64,000 nucleotides of DNA, from positions 496,001 to 560,000 of the forward strand of contig JAYWIR010000028.1 in assembly GCA_036172245.1 (NCBI GenBank). Direction: 5' to 3'. Source of the DNA: Raillietiella orientalis (taxonomy: Eukaryota). The notes below the pieces were generated by a model that did not search any database, was not told where the DNA came from, and saw only the letters and a list, made by a program, of their open reading frames with translations. Position numbers and translations under genes: made by a program. This document shows, in pieces, positions 1-12,712 of this stretch; position 1 is the stretch's first letter, and the number at the start of each line of letters is the position of its first letter.

Positions 1-2789
1 CAAATCCAAAAAATACAACTGTGTGGGATCTTTTTTTTCCTCTCCCCATTTCGGTTAGTACGTTCAATGAAAAGAGGTCTTTTTCCTGCATATGTATTCG
101 ATGCTGCTTAAAACAGCATGTGAAAGGGACTTCACCCGCTGTTGCAGTGGCATCAGATTTTTTCCATATCCATCCTTCGTGGCTGCGCCAGCGGGCGTTT
201 TGTCGTTTTCGTTATGATTTGCATCGAGGGAGTTTTGAAGCAGTTTAAAATTGCGGTAGCCTTGGAACTTTTAGTATGCAGTTCATGGCTCTATTGATGC
301 ACGCGTATGTATACTATTTCTTCTTCTTCTTCAAGATTTCCTTGATCCACTGCTAAAAAACAAAAACGAGCAGAGATAAGCAGATGGATACTTCGTGTCA
401 TACGAAAGCCGCACGGGGAAGTTGCACAAGGGTGAACAACACTTTTGTCTTCCGCTTGAGGTCGAGGTGTCCCCCAGTGCAGCAGGTTCATTGACATTTT
501 TCAAAACAGAAGCGATGTTGCTGTTTTATTCGTCCGTAACTGCTACTGATGGTTTCCATCATCTTCTTTCAGATTGATGTCGATTGCTCCCTCACTTCTG
601 CTCGTCGTGTTGGTTTGCCTATGCAAGCACCGTGCACCTTCGGTCTAATTCCGTGTGACGGTGCACCAAAGCGCTTCGTTTGTTCCACCAACACACGAGG
701 TGCAGCCACGATAATCCATGCCTGCGAAACCAAAGCCCGGGAATCGGCTCGAATCACGATAAAGGAGACTCAGAAGCCACTCGATCTCGGAATCCACCCT
801 TCCGACCTCTCTCGTTTCGTCTTCGCGGAGAGAGCGGCGAGTCGTGCGAGCGGAGCCTTCGATCCCGCAAAGTCCACGAGCTGAGGCGGAACCGTCGAGG
901 ACCGCCCGCACTCACTACCCATAAGGTGAAACAGACGGCAATTTCGGGGAAAAGCACTTTCCGCGCACGCCGCAGAAGACACGTTTCTGCAACCATTTCG
1001 CATTCTCCGGTTGATGCCACTTGTCGAAAGGGCTACTCCCAAAGAGTTGGGAAGGTGCGATTGCCGCTGCAAGCAAAACGTCGGCAGGCAGCCTTACCAC
1101 ACACACTTACACACGTTGTCCGCAACCTTTGCTAAGGTTGCTCTGGAAGGCTTTCCTCCTTCCCAAGCCAGCACCGACAAAGTCGCCCCACCCGTGGTTC
1201 GATTGGTGATGAGAACAAAATGCCCAAACTGGTCCGCTTTCGTCCTCAGGTCCCTTCGAGGATACTCCGACGGCTTCACCTTTTATTTGTGCGTCAGCAG
1301 TGCCCGCATTCAGATGTAGTGCCGACGAGGAATGTGTTCTCGTCTTTACTTTGTAACAGTATGTATACGAAACGAAATGGAGCACGGGACTCGCGTTAAA
1401 GAACACGAGTGCTGTTTTCCATAGCGCTGTAGTAGAACTGACTTTAGAGGGCAGCTGTTGAATTCTATGACCGTACCGATTGAAGACCTCATCCGCTCGG
1501 CACGGAGCGATTTCGATTTGAAATAGATCAAGCCGATTCCCTGAAAAATTGATGAAGACAAATCAATTTTGTTTGTGCCTGCGATTTATCAGCCGTCTAC
1601 CATGGATTTACTGATGAATCTTCCTCAAAAAACCTCAGCAAAGCAGCAATCGTCTTATCTTGGCGAAACAGCAATTCTTATCCGTCAGTTTAACATTTAT
1701 TTATCTTCGGTGCGAAATGCTGCACACCGGGCGGTGACTGCAAAAAATAAGTACCTTCTGAATCAGCACACAACAGAAATTTTGCTTTTGCGACATACGT
1801 CACGACGTTCTTCAGCATCCACGACCTTAGCAATCTTTTTCATCAAGGATGATTGAGAAGTGACGGTGCTACAAATATATCAATACGAATACACATCCAT
1901 GGGGATGGTACAGCAGTTTGTCATCATCAGATGTCAACGAAAGCAGCCATGTCAGATTGCATTTGGGAAACGCGGGCATCCAAAACATGCCCTGGGATAT
2001 TCCAGAAAACATTCTAGAGAATGCATGAGTACTCGCGTGCTTTCTAGAAATTCCATTACTCTTGAGCTGCTCTCGAGAACTCAGGCGAAACATGGAGCAC
2101 ATAGTGGGGGCTACTGAGATGTACAGCTGCTGTCTTCTCCCCGACCTTGGAAGAGGACAGCTGTCCTAGTCGCGTAGCTGTCTCGAAAATTAAAGATGCA
2201 GGTTGCTTCTGGGAGTGTCTCGCTTCAATCCCATTTGGGACGGGGGCCCTATTAGGCAGCTTTTGGTCACTATGCCAGGTTGATCGCACTTACAATCTGT
2301 GTATGATCTATACGTAGTGCAAACAAGGAGTGTTTTTTTGCACATATCTGGTGCTAGCTAATGAATCATCGTGTCAGTCATGCACATGTGCGAATGTGAC
2401 ATCAAAAAATAATTCAAAGATGTTTGTTTGTTCCTCTCAAAATAAATTTTTGGTTGGCAGTAACTTTTCGATTTTACATTTATATCTGCGTTGACCAGGA
2501 AGATGAATATGCCATAATTGTAGCACAGCTTGCTGCACTTTACTTTTTTTCCCCCAGTAACTGCCCCACCGCCTCGATTCTTCAAATCAATTACCCTTTC
2601 GAAAAAAGTTCCTCGTTCCCTGGGTCAGTTCCCGTCCCTCGCCTTTTAATTAATTTAGCAACCGTTTTACGAGTTTTCATTTTGGATGCCCTGGTAATTA
2701 CGGTAAATCACCGCCGCGATGGGTGATTACGTAACAATGTGGAACGCGGGCACCGACCGAGTGCGTCCGAGTTGTTTCGTGCAGATGGC

Positions 2790-2895
2790 CGAACCGTCGC
2801 GAACCTCGTCGGCTTTTCCAGCACGTTCTTCGGCAGGCCGGCGCTCGCTGGAACCGTCTCGAACGAATGGCTGGTCGCTTGCCTTCCTTTATAAG
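2790..2895 (+). promoter_or_regulatory. sHSP promoter: three imperfect heat-shock elements and a TATA box
   Basis: cGAAccGTCgcGAAc (2790-2804), tTTCcaGCAcgTTCt (2815-2829) and gGAAccGTCtcGAAc (2850-2864) are alternating nGAAn units, each with one mismatch. TATAAG lies at 2890-2895, about 45 nt before the ATG at 2937. Confidence 0.7.
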
Positions 2896-2936
2896 TGGAT
2901 GCGGCGGCAGCGGTTGCTAGGCGTCGTTGTCGAAGG

Positions 2937-3107
2937 ATGTCGCTGTTGCAGGCGCTGTGCGAAGAGCCGTTGCTGGCTGCCGCGTGCAGCTGGTTGCCGC
3001 GGAGCTGCTACGACGAGCTGAGGCAGAAGGCACGCTACCCGGAGCTGAGCGGAGCGGATGCTTCTCGAGATGACTGCGAGCTCGTCAACCACAAGGATGT
3101 TTTCAAG
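2937..3107 (+). CDS. Small heat shock protein (alpha-crystallin/HSP20 family), exon 1 of 2
   Basis: ATG at 2937 gives MSLLQALCEE...VNHKDVFK. Donor AAG|gtaacg at 3108 (phase 0) joins in frame to the crystallin domain (FK-VMLDVRHF). Confidence 0.85.
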
Positions 3108-3153
3108 GTAACGCCGCGAAGCGTGCGATGCTTGACGATCGCGTGCGGGGAAG

Positions 3154-3426
3154 GTCATGCTGGACGTCCGCCACTTCGACCCCGATGAAATTTCGGTGAC
3201 CACCCTCGATGACACCATCGTCGTGGAAGCCAAGCACGAGGACAGGCCCGATCAGCACGGTTCCGTGTCGCGCCATTTCGTGAGGAAGTGCGTTATACCG
3301 CAGGATGTGGATCGTGAAGCGTTGCAAAGCAAACTCACCAAGGATGGTGTGCTCATCATCGTGGCTCCAAAGAAACCGAATGCATCCTCCAGTGAAAGGG
3401 TTATTCCCATACAGAGGGTTCGTTGA
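3154..3426 (+). CDS. Small heat shock protein, exon 2 of 2 (147 aa total)
   Basis: VMLDVRHFDPDEISV...VEAKHEDRPDQHGSVSRHFVRK...LTKDGVLIIVAPK is a typical alpha-crystallin domain, with a C-terminal IXI motif (IPI). TGA at 3424-3426; AATAAA at 3431 and 3558. Confidence 0.95.
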   Translation, partial: VMLDVRHFDPDEISVTTLDDTIVVEAKHEDRPDQHGSVSRHFVRKCVIPQDVDREALQSKLTKDGVLIIVAPKKPNASSSERVIPIQRVR

Positions 3427-4527
3427 GTACAATAAATTTTTATTTTCAAACCTCTTGAAGTGTTTTTTGATGGCATGTGGCTGAACAGTGCATGACGTTC
3501 AAGGGACATTTCGTGGGCGATTTGGAATGCTCCCGGGGTACTGGGGATAAAGGCAAAAATAAAGGAACTGCAACGGTCTTGGGGTAGCATCAAGGCTCGA
3601 AACCCTGTAAAACTGGCTCTTGATTCGGGTACATATGAAAATACTCGTGTTTTTCTCCATTTGAAACTTGGACATGGTTTTAATCACGTTTCAAAACAGG
3701 AATCTGCTGGAAAGGCTTTGTGTTACTCGATACGTGCTTCAACTTTTCGCATCCATGTGTTAGTGTACAGTGACCACAAAAGTCAGTTCCATGAACTTTT
3801 AAGAAGTGTGTCAGTTCTTTGTATAATGTGTAGCAAGCTTACCTTTCCATGAAGAGTGAAAGTTCGTCACATACACATGCAACATTGATTTACCCCATCC
3901 ATAACTTACTTTGAAAGTGCATGAAATGTTGGTGTAAAGTGTTGAGCATATCTTTGTTCTAGATTCATGGTTTATCAGGTAACTTGGCTTTAAAGATAAT
4001 TTCTATGCTGACATCATGTTCAGTCCCTTACATTTGAAAATTAATTGCTTTTGCTATGGCTGTTGCTTTTTCAGCTTCTGCTACAGTCATGCCTTTACAT
4101 AATCTTTTGTCTGCAGAGCTGTTGTGCAAAGAGCAGTTTACTTTCTAAACATGCAATGAACAGAACCAAATCATGATGACAGTTTTTGTAAACCTGCAAT
4201 GTTGGAAGGATGTATAGATGAAATTGCATTTTACCAGCAGAACTGGCCCTGTAAAGTCAAATTAATCTTAATGGACATGACATAAAACACAAACCATAAT
4301 CAACCGCCTTAATCCACCACAACCCAACTTCATTCCACCTCATCATCTCCCTAACAATTCAAACATTAACCCCCTAACAAAGAATACGCCAGACAATACA
4401 TAACCATGAGCTAGTTTTGTTCTTGTGCAGGCCAAGCATGCAAAATAATTGTAATGCATTACAGATAATAATAATAACTGCTTGTTAACAAGCTCTTTAT
4501 ACTTTTATTAGCATAGGTTTGTATGGT

Positions 4528-5000
4528 TTAAATATTCTGGACTACTTCATGTGCCAATTTTCTATATTCTTCACAAGCTTTCATGTCTGATCTCATAAAT
4601 CTTCTTTCCCTAAGGCATTTCTGTTGTAAAATATCTAGGTACTCAGATTCAACTGCTGCCTCCATCTGATGTAATTGGGATGGTGGATAGAGATGCTGAT
4701 CAAAGCCTGCCTGCACATAATAGGGAATTTTCAAATGTGATGTAAATAGAGGAACAGGGTATCGAGAGGAACGTTGGAGACTAAACGGCATTTCTCGAGA
4801 TAAAAAGCTAGTTAGCAATGAAAGAACCAGCACCATAATGATGGGAAGCACTTGCATCAACAATGATGATTCATAGCAACTAGCATTGGCATTGGCTCTG
4901 GCAGTACGAGGATCCACTCTGGCTCTTGTGTAATACCTGGGTTGCTGAGAAAATTTCCCAGCAAATATAAAGTTCAAGAATTCCTCTGGGCTGAGACCAT
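4528..5000 (-). CDS. DNAJB12: DnaJ homolog subfamily B member 12/14-like, coding exon 5 (TM segment and lumenal DUF1977-like domain)
   Basis: Acceptor ctatag| at 5001. GLSPEEFLNFIFAG, TM segment LLMQVLPIIMVLVLSLL, KIPYYV, MEAAVESEY, two Cys. Stop at 4530-4528; minus-strand AATAAA at 4509-4504. Confidence 0.9.
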
Positions 5001-5053
5001 CTATAGAATTCCCACTCTCTGGTGATTCTCATTCTTTGGTGATAAACACTTAC

Positions 5054-5173
5054 TCTCAGAACCGCAAAATTCGTACTGATGTTCTGCTTTGACAGGTGGC
5101 ACATCAGTTCCATGGATATCATATTGAGTCTTTCGATCGTCATCAGAGAGTACAGAAAATGCTTTGCCAATAG
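5054..5173 (-). CDS. DNAJB12: DNAJB12/14-like, coding exon 4 (end of J domain)
   Basis: Acceptor tcttag|; AIGKAFSVLSDDDRKTQYDIHG; donor |gtaagt at 5053; phase 1 to 1. Confidence 0.93.
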
Positions 5174-5229
5174 CTAAGATAAGCATTACTTGATATTCTG
5201 TTCATTTATAAACATGAATAATTTCACAC

Positions 5230-5375
5230 CTACAAAAGCTTCAGTAGCTCCTGGAGCTTTATTTTTATCTGGATGAAACTGTAGAGATAGTCTGCGATAT
5301 CGGCGCTGAATTTCAGCCTTGTCTGCATCTCTGGATACACCCAGGATTTCATAGTAATCCTTACAAGATTTGATT
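5230..5375 (-). CDS. DNAJB12: DNAJB12/14-like, coding exon 3 (J domain with HPD motif)
   Basis: [15 protein letters not shown]...[22 protein letters not shown]. Acceptor cctag|, donor |gtgtga; phase 2 to 1. Confidence 0.96.
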
Positions 5376-5424
5376 CTAGGACATACAGCCCACATGTTGA
5401 ATAAACACAAAGCACTCGATTCAC

Positions 5425-5545
5425 CTGTTGACTTCAGCCAGTTGCTCACTTGTGTAATCACATTCTTCATCAGAAGCTACATGTGCATTAGACTCTGATG
5501 AACGAGAACGAACACCATTTGTTTTTTGGATTGCTGATAGCCAAC
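5425..5545 (-). CDS. DNAJB12: DNAJB12/14-like, coding exon 2
   Basis: Acceptor gcttttcag| in phase 1 matches exon 1. Ends [12 protein letters not shown] (the family YTxEQ motif); donor |gtgaat at 5424. Confidence 0.88.
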
Positions 5546-7538
5546 CTGAAAAGCATAAAAACTTTGAGGACATGTGTGGCATTTGTGGGAGAGAGAGATT
5601 AATGCTTTGCAGCATCTATAAAAAAATAATACGAATATTCAAGTGTGTTTTTTTGATTAATGCAAAAACAACTTACTGAATTCTGAAGTTAGGAATTATT
5701 TGTTTCATTTTACAGTACTGATTATGAAATACAATCCCTAGCGCTACATGCAGTCTCATATTCCTAACAATTCACTTGAAGATACATAGTTCAACTTGAA
5801 AGCAATTCTCAGTTTTTACAGTTGCATGATTTACTGCTTGAAAATTTCGAAGTCACTGAAAACTTAGAAACTAAGAAGTTCAAGTAGAAAGCCTACATAC
5901 ATGCTGACTCGTGATATTTGCATTATCTCTTGAAACTTGCTACTTTTAAGTGCTTTTGAAATACAACTTTCAAAATCCTTTCAAAGAGATGGCAATTACA
6001 TCCAAAATGGCTTAGATTGTTAAACATAAACTGCAGTGTCCCATATAATAGGACACAGCTGAAGGCTTGTGAGAAGCTTTACCGTGATGAACATCTTTCT
6101 CTAATACAAATTCTCGAAAATCTCATAAATAGTATCAGTGATGATTACATCAAAGAGAACCATGTTTCACAGCAAAAACTGTGCTTTCCCAAAGAACATG
6201 AAAAGAAATCTTTCTGTACATTGCTCATGCTAATCGCTGTTCGAGGTCACTGTAAATTTTTTCGGGGGAAACGTTTACAACTCTTGTTACAAACGATGGA
6301 CAAGAGTTTCTCTGGATTGTTTGGCTTTTATTTCCGTTTACATTATACATCAGCTCACAACAGATCATGCTTAAATGCAGTACATTATAATTTCAACTTG
6401 TTTCTTTCCCATTATTCCCTTACTTTACTTTATTCCATTAGTATGCAAATAGATAACTGTGATGAACACTGTCTATACGATGTTTGGCACTCGTAGCATT
6501 TAGCATTTACATTCTGTACACTTCTCACAAGCCTACAGGAATATTTGATGTCATACATGCAATACAAATAGGTTATTCTAAGAAAATTATACATATATTC
6601 TGCATTAATATGGAAAAATGTCTTTCTTCTTTACAAATCTTTCTCTTAATGTAATTACAAAGAAACCTTAAATCCAATATCTCAAAAGGTGAAAAAGAAG
6701 GCAGAAAACCCAGAAGTGGACAGGATGATAGATATGGAAGATCAAGGCAGATTTGGGAATCTTATCTGACTATACTGTAATTTCCATGAGGAACCATTTA
6801 ACTCGATCTTCATACCACCATTCTACTCATTCTATTCACAATACAAACAAATCTTGAGATTCTACTTTTGGTAAACTTTTTCCTTTATATTTAATCAAAA
6901 ACAACTCCTTCTCATTCCAAGTGAGGTACTTCCAAGTGGAAAGAAGACACTTAACCGGGCTAATAAAAAAAACTTATAGCTTCATCACTCCATCACAATA
7001 CTCTTCCATCATTTCAAGATGTTCTACAACTAATGAATTCTGCACTTTGAATAAAACTGATTCTCTTTGCGCTTTTAATATTCAAAAATGTAATGTGGAA
7101 GCAGTGTCCCAATTTGCGACTATTCAAATAAATTTAATCTTAATAAACATTTGATAAACTTCATTTCACATTTCCTCACACTATTTCAATTTCTTCACAA
7201 CCCTCTTTTCATGTTATCGCTGAATGGATCAAAATAAAGGAAAATAATGTGGATCCAATTTTTACATTTATAAATTTTTGATAACACCCACATCCATAAC
7301 ACAACCTATCTAACACTCAACAATTAGATACGCTCATATAACAACAATAAATAATTTTCGATGATTATCCTGTTCATATCTACCCATTTTGTGCTCATCA
7401 AGGTCAATTTTCATTTTTTAATTGACTCCCCCCCCTTTTTACAGTTTCCTATCATAGTCAATGAATTCTCAAATGAGAGCTGCTCACACAAATTCCCCTT
7501 AACATTAATGCAGGAAACACTTTCACAATTTTGACAAA

Positions 7539-7600
7539 GATCAAAGCAACAAGCACATTTGCTTCACAATTTTGAAGCACATATGCTTGTTGCTTTGATC
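7539..7600. repeat. Inverted repeat/hairpin with 28-bp arms and a 6-nt loop, in DNAJB12 intron 1
   Basis: gatcaaagcaacaagcacatttgcttca-caattt-tgaagcacatatgcttgttgctttgatc; 26 of 28 positions are Watson-Crick pairs. Confidence 0.95.
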
Positions 7601-9169
7601 CTCATGTTATAAAAACAAAACAAAAAAATATCTAAAAACTAGGGCATTCCAAGTCAAATTTAAGCAAGTTAGCCAAGGATGATCTTTTGATCAAAATGGA
7701 TATCTTATGAACATGCAGTAAATTAAATAAGTGGTCTTGAAAAGCCATTTGTTAACTTTCAAGAAATAATGGTGCAAACAAGACTCTGAAAAGTGAACAT
7801 ATGAATTCAGTGCCACTTCTGAAATAGAGAGAACAATTCAGCTGTTACCTTAAAAGTATTGTGTTGAATGAATTTACTAAAATCTTAGGATCCATCGGAA
7901 GCAGTGGAATGAATGTTGTTTGCTTATAGGTCTTACAAGTGTTATTTGCAATGAGCACTTATGATGCAAAGTTTTAGGAAACGTTTTACCCTTAATGAAA
8001 ACGAAAGACACAAAAATACCACCTGAAAATTAAGGAATGGATGGAAGGAACTCAGAAAACAAGTGAGAGACACACGAAACTGGCAACTTTTGTTTGCGAT
8101 CAAAAATCAGTTGATAAAAAAGTGTGAGGGTTGGCATCAATTCAAAAACCCAAACATACATGGCCATGGTCCAAATATGCTTTCAAATTGAAATCCTCAA
8201 TGTTTTGTAAATATACTGTGAATGGTGTGTATACATATCAAGAAATCCAAAAAAAGAAAAAAAAGAGGCCCCAAAGAGATTTATAAACAAAAAAATTCAA
8301 ATGATATTTCAGCAGTGAGCTGTAACCAATCCTTCATTACTCTATCCAATTGGTCTTTGGAAGAAGAAAAAATAAAATCTCAGGTTTACAAAATTCTTAT
8401 TATATGAAAAGATGAAACCAGAATTATATGAAAAAACAATAACAAAAACAGTCAGCTTTGTGCATACTTTCAGTCTTTGATCATACATGTTTTAGACATG
8501 AGGTTGAATGTGACTTCATGCATTTTACAATAGTTTAATGAGTTTTTAAAGGAAGCAATGTTGTGAAAACCTGGAAATACTCTACAACATGACTGTGAAG
8601 TACTTATATATTAGAAGATCAAGAAACCCCAACTTTGAATACCTATGGAGCATTCATTCATTGCTCACTAGTATTTGAAAACCAGCAATGAGCGCATCTA
8701 CATTTACATTGTGCGAGAAAATAATTTTTTAAAAAAAATCAAAGGGGATGTTAAAATGGTAAGAAAGAACAAAAATTATTTTATAGCTTAAGCTCACTTT
8801 CGTTCGAACTTTATTTTTTCTATCATCATTCAGTTAGATGAATTTATTCTTTGGAGACTAGCAACACATATTTCATCATGAATGCATACATTATTCAATT
8901 ACAACTTTTCTAATGGAGCACACAAATCTCGGATTTAGATACAAATAAAAACATCATTTATATTGATGCATTGTTGTGCGATTCCACAGATGTTTATATG
9001 AAACATACCATTTTCTACTTGATGCCTTAAGCAATAACTTTCAAAATATACATGAACACATTACATTACGTATTAGATACTTTCTCAAGAAGCACGAAGT
9101 TTCAAATAATTAAAGTTTTCTTATCCTAATTTTTTGCCTCATATACATGTACAGAAATGCTTTACTTAC

Positions 9170-9302
9170 TTTGTGCCTTCTTAGTGGGATACAAACGGAG
9201 TGATTTCAGAAAAAACTTTATTGCTTTATCTTTTTCCCCTGAAATCATGTATTTTTCAGCAATTCTCACACATTTTTCGGCTTCCTCTTTATTTCCTTCC
9301 AT
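9170..9302 (-). CDS. DNAJB12: DNAJB12/14-like, coding exon 1 (about 330 aa total)
   Basis: MEGNKEEAEKCVRIA...KAIKFFLKSLRLYPT is the characteristic N-terminus. Donor A|gtaagt at 9169. An acceptor-like ttactttgttag just upstream of the ATG implies a non-coding first exon. Confidence 0.93.
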
Positions 9303-12300
9303 TCTAAGTCTAACAAAGTAAAGTAATAAATCTATGATACAAATGCACAACAGTAACACTTTTGAATATAATCAGAATTTCTTATCAATAATTTTTAAGG
9401 TAAGTTTTTTATATGTATGCAAACATACACACACTTATATGCTTTGTCTGCTCATTTAAAATCCTTTTCTTGTATTTCAACGGAAAAAAATATATGGAAA
9501 ACATGCAGCACTTTGAATGAAAAAGTGAAGTAGTCAAGTAACAAGCATACAGATAAATGGCTGATAATAAAGACCAACATTTGATTTTGTTCTAAATCCT
9601 GAATAACACACATTTGATAATGTATTGTGATGTGGAGTATAAAAAAATCCCCGATTTGCTAATACATCAAGTGAAGTCCAGTTGCTGCTTATCTAGTCTT
9701 AAACACTAAACATTTTAAAACAAAACAATGTCATTCATATACTTCCATTTGAGAGCTAAGCAAAAGTCTGATATCTATATCTATATCTATTGCTATAAAA
9801 TCTGGTGTAATGATCCCTCCATTTTTAATGCATGTTCTTTTATTTTATGATGATGCTTGTTTGCAAAACAAACAAATGGAATCGATAATCTGAATACAAT
9901 GGTTTACTAATGCTGCTTTTTAATGATACCTTTTTTTTTTTTTTTTACATAAATGCTAGATTTTAAACAGTCTGTATTGTTTGAGATCAAAAAATGAGAT
10001 GTTACTTTTTTGATTTGGCAGTTGACTCCACGTAAACATATGTTACTTTTGTAGAGGTGCAACACATCTGTCAGATGTTTCTGATACTACTACCTTCGAT
10101 AACAAACACATAGGTAAACAAACGTAAGTGTGTCATAGGAAAATATCTAGTAGTGGTTGTTAAAAAAACACACACAATTCCAGCGGAATTACGAAACTCA
10201 ATAAGTCAGCAACACCCTGACTGATTCTCTTTTTTCCAGAAGTGACACGAACAAGAATACTGTCATGATCTAACTGAAAAAATCAGCAATTCAACAACAT
10301 GTGCGATATGTTTACATTTCAGAAAATGAACTTTTGGATGTGTACTTTACTAAGACGTATTTCAAGGCACGACCAGGCAGTGCAGAAGTATGATTTACTT
10401 GAACTTATGTTGTAAAGGAATTGTTACTTCTGTAAACGATGATGAAAAGACGAGTCACGTCTATAACTGTGAAAGCAGTTCGAACACTGCTGCAATTTCA
10501 ACATCCTTTCACGCTTCACACGTTGTTTATTCAATTTTAGGGGGAAAAAAAGCACAGTTCATTCGTTCCCGAAGGAGGAAAACAACATGGAAAAATCAAA
10601 CCCCGAACAACCTTGTTTATGCGACTACTTATGTAATGCACGGATTCGTTCGCACTAAATTGATATTCCTGAATTCATATAGCCACAGCTGGAATGCAAA
10701 CACCTCAATACACTTTTGAAATTCGTGCAGATCTCCAGCCTCATGGGCACGGTGAAGTTAATTCTGCAATGTTTCCAGCAAAATCAATACACCAACGTGT
10801 GACTTTTGCACTTCACGATTGCGTAATTAACGTGACGCTCGTCTATCCACGGCTTCTGAGCAGACCACTGGAATTTCAGCCACACGCAAAACCACGCTAT
10901 CACATTCCAGAGGAGCCGAGATGGCCTTTAATCAGGAAAATTCCATTAGAGAAGGGGTAGACGTTTGCACCCCGTGCTGCCGTGCGGTCACGCAAATAAA
11001 TAACGTTTGTTCGTTATGGCTCTGAGTTTCCCGTTTGCAATACCATCCGACGCAAATGTACTGTCTCCTGTGTTTGGGTTATGTACCCACACACTGTGCT
11101 TTACTTGCTAGATGCTACTACCACTCACTGGATAGGGCATATCTTCATTTTTCATATGTGCAATCAATTACTTAATAAATATGTGTTGCCAATACTGTTG
11201 AATAATGCATGTCGTAGATCGCCTACCGATCCAAAATGTTGTTCATGATGTGCAAATGAACGTTGTGTATAATGTACAAGGTGCATGTGTGATTTTGGTG
11301 ATGCAAACAGTACTTCACGCGTTTTCGCTCCCGACCAAAATCCAGCTGCCCAAAAATATTTGCGTGTATGAATCCACACGATTTTTCACATATCATGCAT
11401 GACACATAATATTACAGATGGTGGAACCCTGCTCTGTGCATATCATACCTCATTCCACGTAATTATGCAAAGGTGTGATACACAATTACGTCAAAAATAT
11501 ATGTGCACAGAATATGGCATGCAATATTATGTCTCATAAAGAGATCTAGATCTTGTTTTAAGGACACTTGCATCTTTCTCTGCTGACCTCAAGGGATTTG
11601 AGAAAAAGTTTGCATTTGCAGATTCAATGAGAAAATGACAAACGAGGAACGGACACCGTTATTTACTTTCCGATACTTTTCCGAGCGCCAGGCCAATAAC
11701 TCGAAGTGAACGGGAAACTGCACAGTCCCGACCCCCAGTTTTCAGATTCTGCCACTTCCATGCAGCCAAAGCCAAAGCTGGAAAAATCTCTGAAGCTTCC
11801 CTCCAGCAGGAAGCCCACTGCAAAGAGACTTTCATGTTCTATGCACTGTGGAGATATTCTGCTCTGAGGATCATCAACAGGGGAAGCTCTCCCTAACTAA
11901 TAAATGATTTCTGGGCTGCAATCGGTTTGCTAAAGTCTTTTAGAGTTCTGTGTGTCTGTCGTCGCCTGTGGGATGGCTGCTACTATGCGCTTCCGGTTAT
12001 TTCTTTCAATATTTGTGTGCCATTGGTTTCACGGCAGTACGTGAGGCACTCATTTCGTGCTTGTGATAGTTTCTTGCACTCTTGTTCTACGAGTTCTATG
12101 GATGGAAATAGTTCGTTCGCTCATATTCTGGGCCAAGGAAGGCTGCTATAAGCAGAGGCATGCATTTCAGTTTTCCAAAACCCTGAAACGAGCTTCTGGA
12201 ATGTGAACACTCGTTTTCATCACACTAAAACCGTTTTCAGAATATTCGACGAATTTTCATCACTTTTTCGTATCAACGAATTTGCCTTTTATGACTTTCC

Positions 12301-12712
12301 TTGTGATGACTTTCCGTGATTTGTCTCTTGAAACCGTCTCTGGACCAAAGCACAGTGAGCCCTGCAGAAAATCCTCCGTCCCATAATCATACACAATAAA
12401 TTCGTGCTCAAAGCTTGTCAGTCCTATAGATGGGGAATCACTCCATGTTTAAAAGCTCCATGTAGAGCTCCCGTTGTCAACGGTGGCCTCCAAATGTCTT
12501 CACTCCAAAGAATGGACCATTTTACGGTGTGCTTACCGCATGCCTACTCCTCGGGCATTTCTCACAGACAAAGAGACAGAGTTTATTCCGGACGAATGTT
12601 GAAGTTGGCCAGGAAGTTTAGGCCGGTCCTCCATTCGGCAGCTGCCGGAAAGTCCCGGTTCTGAGATCCCCTGATCCCTCCTGTTAAGAATCGTGTGAAG
12701 CCGAAGGAGGAG

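Noticed and set aside
1..2300. A possible gene in the first 2.3 kb
   Set aside because: Some splice-like sites and ORFs of 100-150 aa exist, but no recognisable protein or consistent exon chain. It cannot be excluded without homology search or RNA data.
5546..5615. ttttatag|ATG acceptor extending DNAJB12 exon 2 (MLQSINL...)
   Set aside because: Its phase is incompatible with exon 1 and gives an immediate stop. The ttttcag acceptor at 5546 fits.
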